Part shown: one piece after another, positions 36,260 to 43,217 of the stretch
Numbering within the stretch: position 1 is the first letter of the stretch
Layout: each line of letters starts with the position of its first letter
Assembly: GCA_016718405.1 (NCBI GenBank)
Contig: JADKDJ010000035.1
Location: 39,972 to 103,971 of the forward strand
From: Candidatus Rhodoferax odensensis
Lineage (GTDB): Bacteria > Pseudomonadota > Gammaproteobacteria > Burkholderiales > Burkholderiaceae_C
Reading direction: 5' to 3'
Length of the DNA stretch: 64,000 nucleotides
Position numbers and translations under genes: made by a program
The notes under the pieces: generated by a model
What the model was told of the DNA's origin: nothing
The model's input: the letters and a program-made list of their open reading frames with translations, nothing else
Database searches by the model: none

Positions 36260-37009
36260 ATGTTGAAATCCATCGCTGTACGGGTGTCACAAGGCACGCA
36301 ATACATCCCGGACCCGCGCAAGGCAAATCCGGTCGGGTTTCGCGGCAAACCCGTCATCGCAGATGCCGCGTGCGAGCCCTCTTGCGAGGCCTGCGTGACG
36401 ACCTGTCCGACCGGTGCCATCACACTCGATCCGGTTCAGATCGATCTGGGTCGCTGCACACTTTGCATGGATTGCGAGAGCGTCTGCCCCAGCGCCAAGT
36501 TCTCGTTCTCCAATGACTTCAGGCTGGCCAGCGCCGAGCGGGCCGGTCTGGTGCTGACGGCGACGCGACGCAACGTGGACCCGGTCGAAGTGTCGCAGGC
36601 GCTGCGCCAGCGCTTTGGCCGCTCGCTCAAATTACGCTCGGTGTCGGCCGGTGGCTGCAATGGCTGCGAGCTGGAGGTGAATGCCCTGGCCAACGTCAAC
36701 TTCGACATCGGCCGCTACGGCATCGACATCGTTGCCTCGCCACGGCACGCCGACGGTCTCGTGCTAACCGGCCCGATCACCCGCAACATGACCGAAGCCT
36801 TGCAGATTTGCTGGGATGCGATGCCCGCGCCCAAGCTGGTGATTGCGGTGGGCGCCTGCGCCATATCGGGCGGCCTGTTTGCGCACCAGGATGCCGTGGA
36901 TCGAGGCTTCCTGGAGCGCGTCAAACCAAGCTTGTATGTGCCCGGCTGCCCGCCCCATCCGCTGACCTTTGTCTGCGGGGTGCTTGATCTGCTGGGTATT
37001 CCGAGCTGA
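36260..37009 (+). CDS. module 1: fusion of 2x[4Fe-4S] ferredoxin (HycF/NuoI-like) with NuoB/HycG-like small subunit
   Basis: ATG 36260. The ferredoxin part has CEPSCEACVTTCP and CTLCMDCESVCP. The NuoB-like part has GGCNGCELE, GACAISGG and PGCPP. Confidence 0.85.
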   Translation: MLKSIAVRVSQGTQYIPDPRKANPVGFRGKPVIADAACEPSCEACVTTCPTGAITLDPVQIDLGRCTLCMDCESVCPSAKFSFSNDFRLASAERAGLVLTATRRNVDPVEVSQALRQRFGRSLKLRSVSAGGCNGCELEVNALANVNFDIGRYGIDIVASPRHADGLVLTGPITRNMTEALQICWDAMPAPKLVIAVGACAISGGLFAHQDAVDRGFLERVKPSLYVPGCPPHPLTFVCGVLDLLGIPS

Positions 37010-37056
37010 CGGGCACGACTGTGGACCGACGCACGGGATGAGACCGCAGCCACGGG

Positions 37057-38232
37057 TCAAGGCGCCAAGGGGTTGGAGAAACGACGCCAACTTATGCAGC
37101 GCACCCCTTCACGGGTATAGCTCTCATTGCCACCGTGAATGAGCCAGGGCTCGGGCGTTGGCTCAGTGACAAAGCGGGCGGCGCGTTGCCCGGCGCGCAC
37201 CAGGTCCGGCGTGATGGTCTGGCCGGACTTGATCTCGACACACTGCAAGCCCTGCGCGCTCTCGAACACCAGGTCAGCCTCCAGCCCGTTGTTGTCGCGC
37301 CAGAAGTAGAGGTCCGCCGGCAAGCCGCGATTGTCTCGGAACTTGCGAAACTCGCCGACAACCCAGGTTTCAAACAAGGCGCCGCGCATCGGGTGCAGCG
37401 CCAGCAGTGGCTCCTCGCGGATGCCCAACAGCCACGCGGCCAAACCGGTGTCGGTGAAATACAGTTTGGGTGTCTTGACCAGGCGCTTGCCAAAATTGCG
37501 GTGATACGGCTGCAGCAGGAACACCAGTTCGCTCGACTGCAGCACCGACAGCCAATGGCGCGCCGTGGTGTGACTCACGCCGGCGTCCGTGGCAAGCGAC
37601 ACCAGATTGAGCAGCGTGCCGGTTCGGGCGGCGCACAGGCGCACGAACCGCGCAAAGGTGGACAAATCCTGGACGCGCAGCAGTTGGCGCACGTCGCGTT
37701 CGACATAGGTCGCCACATAGCTGGAGAACCAGTCCATTGCCTCGATCGGTGAACGCTCCACCTGCCACAGGCTGGGGTACGAACCCAGCCACAAATGGGT
37801 ATACAAGTCTCGCTGCACTGCCGGGCCTAACTCGGACATCGCCAATGGCAGCAGCCTGGTGAGCCCAACGCGACCAGCCAGGGATTGCGTGACACCGGCC
37901 ATCAGGCCAAACTGTTGCGACCCGCTCAGGACGAAGCGCCCTGGCCTGCGGTCGGCATCGACCATGCCTTGCAGTAGAGAAAACAGCTCGGGCCAGCGCT
38001 GCGCCTCGTCGAAGATGGCGCCCTGGTCGAAGCGCTGCAGAAACCCCCTCGGATCGGTCTGCGCAAAACCAAGTTCCACCGGGTCTTCCAGCGACACATA
38101 GGTCTTGTCGGCAAAGACTTCGCGCACCAGCGTGGTCTTGCCGGACTGTCGCGGCCCCGTCACCGCCAAGACGGGGAACTGGCGCGCCAGGCGCAGCAAG
38201 GTAGCAGATAAGTCTCTGGGGAAGATATTCAT
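37057..38232 (-). CDS. AAA-family ATPase with DUF4143-type C-terminal domain
   Basis: ORF 37057..38256. The likely start is ATG 38232 (MNIFPRDLSATLLRLARQFPVLAVTGPRQSGKTTL). It has Walker A and Walker B-like (IFDEAQ) motifs. The upstream region is very AT-rich. Confidence 0.85.
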   Translation of the reverse strand: MNIFPRDLSATLLRLARQFPVLAVTGPRQSGKTTLVREVFADKTYVSLEDPVELGFAQTDPRGFLQRFDQGAIFDEAQRWPELFSLLQGMVDADRRPGRFVLSGSQQFGLMAGVTQSLAGRVGLTRLLPLAMSELGPAVQRDLYTHLWLGSYPSLWQVERSPIEAMDWFSSYVATYVERDVRQLLRVQDLSTFARFVRLCAARTGTLLNLVSLATDAGVSHTTARHWLSVLQSSELVFLLQPYHRNFGKRLVKTPKLYFTDTGLAAWLLGIREEPLLALHPMRGALFETWVVGEFRKFRDNRGLPADLYFWRDNNGLEADLVFESAQGLQCVEIKSGQTITPDLVRAGQRAARFVTEPTPEPWLIHGGNESYTREGVRCISWRRFSNPLAP

Positions 38233-38327
38233 ACAATTTGCATATATAAAATTCATATTGTATAGAAATCAGTCTTGAAGTCCATCCCGAGTGGCGGCTT
38301 CAAGTCGGGGCGGTCGCGCCCGCTGGT

Positions 38328-38840
38328 TCAGGCTCGCCGGCGCACCGCGCTCAGGATGCCGCGCAGAATCTCCAGCGGTGGCGGCGGGCAGCCCGACACC
38401 AGCACATCCACCGGGATCACATTGGCCACCGCGCCACAACTGGCGTAACTCTCGCCAAAAATGCCGCCATCACAACCACAGTCGCCCACCGCCACCACCA
38501 GCTTGGGAGAAGGCGTGGCGTCATAGGTACGCTTGAGCGCTTCTTCCATGTGGCGCGACACCGGCCCGGTCACCAGCAGCAGATCGGCATGGCGCGGACT
38601 GGCGACAAACTTGAGGCCCAGCCCCTCAATGTTGTAGTAGGGATTGGTCAACGCGTGAATCTCCAGTTCACAGCCATTGCAGGAGCCGGCATCCACCATG
38701 CGAATCGCCAGCGCCTGGCCCAGAATCTCCAACAATTCGCGCCCGATCGCCTGCGCCTGCGCGCGCTGGTTCTCGTCGAATGCGGGCGGCGCCTCCGTGC
38801 GAATTCCGTTGACCGCGATCTGGCGAATGATCTTCCACAT
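38328..38840 (-). CDS. module 2: NuoB/HycG-like small subunit
   Basis: ATG 38840 (ATGA overlap with the large-subunit stop) lies within ORF 38328..38948. It has GSCNGCELE, GDCGCDGG and SGCPPPP. Confidence 0.85.
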   Translation of the reverse strand: MWKIIRQIAVNGIRTEAPPAFDENQRAQAQAIGRELLEILGQALAIRMVDAGSCNGCELEIHALTNPYYNIEGLGLKFVASPRHADLLLVTGPVSRHMEEALKRTYDATPSPKLVVAVGDCGCDGGIFGESYASCGAVANVIPVDVLVSGCPPPPLEILRGILSAVRRRA

Positions 38841-40372
38841 CAGAGGTCGTGCCCCGAGTAACTGAGGTTGAAGGACTTGTTGATCAACGGAAAGTCCGGC
38901 ACGATGTTGCCAATCACCGCGTGCTCCAGCACCGGCCAGTTTTGCCACGAGGGGTCATGGCAGTGGCAGCGGCGGATTCGTTGTGGCTGCCCTGCATCGG
39001 CCAGCTCCAGCGCCACCAACACTTCGCCGCGCCAGCCCTCGACCCAACCGGCACCAAACGCGGCTGGCGGTGGCAGCGGCACAGCAGTGTGAACCGGCCC
39101 GGGCGTCAAACTCTCCAGAAGCGTCTGCATCAGGCGCAAGGACTCGGCCAACTCCTCGAACCGGACGATCACGCGGGCCGCCACATCACCGCCACGGTGC
39201 GTCACCATACGCGCCTGCAAGCGGTCATAAGGCGGCACGGCATGGTCGCAGCGCACGTCCCAAGCTTGCCCGCTGGCGCGCCCGGCCAGGCCGGTCAGAC
39301 CAAGTTGCGCCGCCAGGCCCGGCATGACCCGCCCGGTTGTCAAAAAGCGGTCCTGCAGACCCGCGTGCTCGTCGTAGATGACCCTCAGCGCCTGCACCTC
39401 GCGAGCGATGGCTTCGCCATGCTGGCGCAGTTGATCGACCTGCGCCGTATCAATATCGCTAGCCACGCCACCTGGGACGATGCGGTCCATCATCAGACGG
39501 TGCCCAAACACCTGGCCCGACCGGCGCAGCCAGTCTTCGCGCAGGCGCGAGAACTGCGCCAGACCAAAAGCGAATGCGGCGTCGTTGCCGAGGGCACCGA
39601 GGTCAGCCAGGTGGGCTGCCACGCGTTCGCGCTCCAACATCAGCGCGCGCAGCTCCGCCGCGCGGGCCGGCACCTCGACACCGCAGGCGGACTCCAGCGC
39701 CATGCAATAGGCCCAGGCATAGGCCACGGTGGAGTCGCCCGACACACGGCCCGCCAAACGGTGAGCCTGCAAGGGGTCGAGCTGCGTGAAGCGCCGCTCA
39801 ATCCCCTTGTGGGTGTAGCCCAGGTGTTGCTCCAGCCGCAGCACCTTCTCGCCCACCACCGAGAAGCGGAAATGCCCCGGCTCGATGATGCCCGCGTGCA
39901 CCGGACCCACCGCGATTTCATGCACGCCGTCGCCTTGCACCCGCACAAAGGGATAGCCACCGGGCGGCGTCCCCGCCGCCCAATTGCATGCCTCGTCAAG
40001 CAAGGGCGGCCGCGCGCCAAGCCACAAACCATGGTCGAGCCAAGGCCGACTGTCCAGGCTGGACGCGGCCTGCAGCCCATTTAGGTCCGCCAAGGCCCGC
40101 TGCATGCGGCTAGCGGCCGGAAATATGCCAGCCAGGTCGGGATAGACCCGTTCGGGGGGGCTAAGCACCAGCTCCAGCCAGAGCAAGCCTTCCAGCACGG
40201 CATAGGCCACCGATACCGCCACCCGATCCGCCGCGGTCACCCCCCACACCGCTACCAGTCGCCCGCCACCCTGGCGCACCGCCATGGCTGTGCTCAGCCA
40301 TTGGTCGGCGCTGACAAGGCCACGCCAGATTGGCGCCGCGCCGGGCAGACGTTGCAGGTCCAGGTCCATCAT
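38840..40372 (-). CDS. module 2: NuoC-NuoD/HycE-like large subunit with no cysteines at the NiFe-ligand positions
   Basis: ATG 40372 (ATGA overlap). It has AVGPVHAGIIEPGHFRF and LEQHLGYTHKGIE. At the L1 position it has GRVSGDSTVAY (39725..39745), and its C-terminus is FPLINKSFNLSYSGHDL. Confidence 0.85.
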   Translation of the reverse strand: MMDLDLQRLPGAAPIWRGLVSADQWLSTAMAVRQGGGRLVAVWGVTAADRVAVSVAYAVLEGLLWLELVLSPPERVYPDLAGIFPAASRMQRALADLNGLQAASSLDSRPWLDHGLWLGARPPLLDEACNWAAGTPPGGYPFVRVQGDGVHEIAVGPVHAGIIEPGHFRFSVVGEKVLRLEQHLGYTHKGIERRFTQLDPLQAHRLAGRVSGDSTVAYAWAYCMALESACGVEVPARAAELRALMLERERVAAHLADLGALGNDAAFAFGLAQFSRLREDWLRRSGQVFGHRLMMDRIVPGGVASDIDTAQVDQLRQHGEAIAREVQALRVIYDEHAGLQDRFLTTGRVMPGLAAQLGLTGLAGRASGQAWDVRCDHAVPPYDRLQARMVTHRGGDVAARVIVRFEELAESLRLMQTLLESLTPGPVHTAVPLPPPAAFGAGWVEGWRGEVLVALELADAGQPQRIRRCHCHDPSWQNWPVLEHAVIGNIVPDFPLINKSFNLSYSGHDL

Positions 40373-42270
40373 CGCCCGACGCCCCCCAACATGCCAGCGG
40401 CCTGAACGTACCATTGGTTCAAGTAAGGCGGAATGAACAGGCCCAGCACCAACCCCAGACCAAGATGAACGAACACCGGTAGCAAGGCCGGTGGATGCGC
40501 CAGCGGTTTGAGCGAGGTTTCGCCAAACACCATCGGCAACACGCGCACCAGCACCGAGGCAAAGGCCAGACCCAGCGCGAAGAACAGGAATGGCGCGGCC
40601 CAGGGCTGCTCGCGCATGGCGGTGGTCAAAATCAAAAACTCGCTGGCAAACACGCCAAAAGGCGGCATGCCCAGGATTGCCATGACGCCCAGCATCATTC
40701 CCCAGCCCACTCTCGGGTTGACCTTGATTAGACCGCGAATTTCACTCATCACCTGGGTCCCGGCCTTCTGCGCCGCATGCCCGACGGTGAAGAAGATGGC
40801 CGACTTGATCAACGAGTGCACCGTCATGTGCAACAGCCCCGCAAAGTTGGCCACCGGCCCGCCCATTCCAAAAGCAAACATGATCAGACCCATGTGTTCG
40901 ATCGACGAGTACGAAAACATGCGCTTGACGTCCTTCTGGCGCGACAGGAAAAAGGCCGCCACCACCAGCGACAGTAGGCCAAAACCCATCATCAATTGCC
41001 CAGCCAGTGGCCGCTGCAAGGCGCCATCGGTCAACACCTTGCAGCGCAGCAGCGCGTACATCGCCACATTGAGCAGCAGACCCGACAGCACGGCGGACAC
41101 CGGCGTAGGCCCTTCGGCATGCGCGTCGGGCAGCCAGCTGTGCAGCGGCACCATGCCGACCTTGGTGCCGTAGCCGATAAACAGGAAAGCAAACGCCAGC
41201 GTGATGATGTGCGGATCGAGCTGGGATTTGACCGCATCCAGATTCGTCCACAGCAGCGCGCCGCCTTCGGGGCCCACCACCTTTTCCGCCGCCATGTAAA
41301 GCAAAATGGTGCCGAACAGGGCCAGGGCGATGCCAACACCGCACAGAATGAAGTACTTCCAGGCCGCCTCCAGGCTGGCCGGTGTGCGGTAGACACTAAC
41401 CAGCAGCACGGTGGTGAGCGTCGCTGCCTCCATCGCGACCCACAGAATACCCAGGTTGTTCGTGGTCAGGCCCAGCAGCATGGTGCAACTGAACAACTGG
41501 TACATGCCGTGGTACAGGCGCATGCGCGGCGGAGTCATCTTGCCGTGGTCTTGCTCAACACGCATGTAGGGCCGCGAGAAAATGGCCGTGGTGAGGCCGA
41601 CAAACGCTGTCAAGGTGACCATGAAGACGTTCAGCGGGTCAATAAAGAGGCTGTCGAACTGCTCGCGAATCTGGAACATGAAGACGCCCCGAATCAGCAC
41701 ACCGACCAGCACGTCGAGCGCAACACCAAACTCCACAATCATTGGCATGCCATTGGTGACGGTGGTGGCCGCAAAAATCAAGCCGTTTTCCATCGACAAA
41801 AAGCCGATCACCTGCGGCACCGCCTTGGACCGGGTGATCATCATCAGGAAGGACAGCAGCACGCAGGCCAACGCGATGCCCAGCGAGCCACCGGCCATCG
41901 AACTGGACAAGCGAGAGATGGGCAGCGCCAGGCTGAACGAGAAGATCACCAGCCCAATCCCGACCAGCATGGTGGTTGGGATGTTGATCAGGGTCTCCAC
42001 ATCCCAGCGCACGTTCAATCGACGAACGACCACGTGCAGCAGCCACGGAATCAACATGACTTTGAGCACCAGCGTCAAGGCCGCCGACACGTAGAGTTCA
42101 TTCTGGTGCGTGACGTAGCCAAGCAGCACGGAGGCAATCACCAGCGCCAGGCCCTGCAGCATGAACAGGTTGATCAGCGACACAATGCGTCGCTGCGAGA
42201 TCATGGCGAAGGACAGCAACAGGATCACGGTGGCGCACAGGTTGATCAATTGCGGGATGTACTTCATCAC
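40369..42270 (-). CDS. module 2: fused HyfE-like + NuoN/HyfF-like membrane subunit
   Basis: 633-aa ORF. The N-terminal ~215 aa are HyfE-like (FLSMENGLIFAATT). The rest is antiporter-like (VPLHSWLPDAHAEGPTPVSAVLSGLLLNVA). A GTG/ATG start overlaps the upstream stop. Confidence 0.85.
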   Translation of the reverse strand: MMKYIPQLINLCATVILLLSFAMISQRRIVSLINLFMLQGLALVIASVLLGYVTHQNELYVSAALTLVLKVMLIPWLLHVVVRRLNVRWDVETLINIPTTMLVGIGLVIFSFSLALPISRLSSSMAGGSLGIALACVLLSFLMMITRSKAVPQVIGFLSMENGLIFAATTVTNGMPMIVEFGVALDVLVGVLIRGVFMFQIREQFDSLFIDPLNVFMVTLTAFVGLTTAIFSRPYMRVEQDHGKMTPPRMRLYHGMYQLFSCTMLLGLTTNNLGILWVAMEAATLTTVLLVSVYRTPASLEAAWKYFILCGVGIALALFGTILLYMAAEKVVGPEGGALLWTNLDAVKSQLDPHIITLAFAFLFIGYGTKVGMVPLHSWLPDAHAEGPTPVSAVLSGLLLNVAMYALLRCKVLTDGALQRPLAGQLMMGFGLLSLVVAAFFLSRQKDVKRMFSYSSIEHMGLIMFAFGMGGPVANFAGLLHMTVHSLIKSAIFFTVGHAAQKAGTQVMSEIRGLIKVNPRVGWGMMLGVMAILGMPPFGVFASEFLILTTAMREQPWAAPFLFFALGLAFASVLVRVLPMVFGETSLKPLAHPPALLPVFVHLGLGLVLGLFIPPYLNQWYVQAAGMLGGVGR

Positions 42271-43217
42271 CCCACCCCCAGCAAGATGTTCACCAGCAAG
42301 CCAATCACCGCCAGCAGGAACGCGGTAGCCAAAAACTCGGGCACGCGGAAGATCCGCATCTTGGCGCTGAAGGTTTCAACCAGCGCCAGCAACATGCCCC
42401 CAATGGCGAGCTTTCCTACCAGCGCCGGCAAGGCCATGATCAGCGCCAAGGGCGCATCCGCCTCGGCCACGCCCCACGGGAAAAACAGCGCCAGGCCGAT
42501 GCACGAGTAGGCAAATAGCTTGAGGCTGGCGGCCCACTCCAGCAACGCCAGATGGCGCCCGGAGTATTCCAGAATCAGCGCCTCGTGAATCATCGTGAGT
42601 TCCAGGTGCGTTTCCGGGTTGTCCACCGGGACACGAGCGTTTTCCGCCAACGACACCATGGTGAAGGCCACGCCCGCCACCAGCAGGCTGGGGTAAATTG
42701 CCAGCTCCCTGTGCGCAAGCGTCTCGACAATGGTGGTCAACGAGGTGGACTTTGAAATCATGGATGCGCAAAACAGCACCATCAGCAACGCGGGCTCCGC
42801 CAGAAACCCCACCAGCATGTCGCGGCGCGCGCCCAGGCCGCCAAAGGCGGTGCCGATGTCCATCGCCGCCAGGGAAGCAAAGACACGGGCCAGTGCAAAC
42901 AGACCGACCAGGGCAATCGCGTCCGCCGCGGGGGACAGCGGCAGGTCGGTCGATAGCGTGGGCACAATGGCGCACGCCAGCACCATGCAGCCAAAGCTGA
43001 TGTAGGGAACCATCCGAAACAGGGACGAAGCCTGCTCGGCCACCACCGATTCCTTGTGAAACAGCTTGCGCAATACCCGATAGGGCTGCAACAGGCCCGG
43101 CGCCGACTTGTTCTGCAAGCGGGCGCGCCACTGGTTGACCCAGCCCGTCAGCAGCGGTGCCAGCAGCAGCGCCGCCACAATCGCCATCAGTTGCGAGAAC
43201 AGGCCCAGAAGACTCAT
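42267..43217 (-). CDS. module 2: NuoH/HyfC(HycD)-like membrane subunit
   Basis: ATG 43217 (ATGA overlap) lies within ORF 42267..43358. It has ENARVPVDNPETHLELTMIHEALILEYSGRHLA. Confidence 0.85.
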   Translation of the reverse strand: MSLLGLFSQLMAIVAALLLAPLLTGWVNQWRARLQNKSAPGLLQPYRVLRKLFHKESVVAEQASSLFRMVPYISFGCMVLACAIVPTLSTDLPLSPAADAIALVGLFALARVFASLAAMDIGTAFGGLGARRDMLVGFLAEPALLMVLFCASMISKSTSLTTIVETLAHRELAIYPSLLVAGVAFTMVSLAENARVPVDNPETHLELTMIHEALILEYSGRHLALLEWAASLKLFAYSCIGLALFFPWGVAEADAPLALIMALPALVGKLAIGGMLLALVETFSAKMRIFRVPEFLATAFLLAVIGLLVNILLGVG

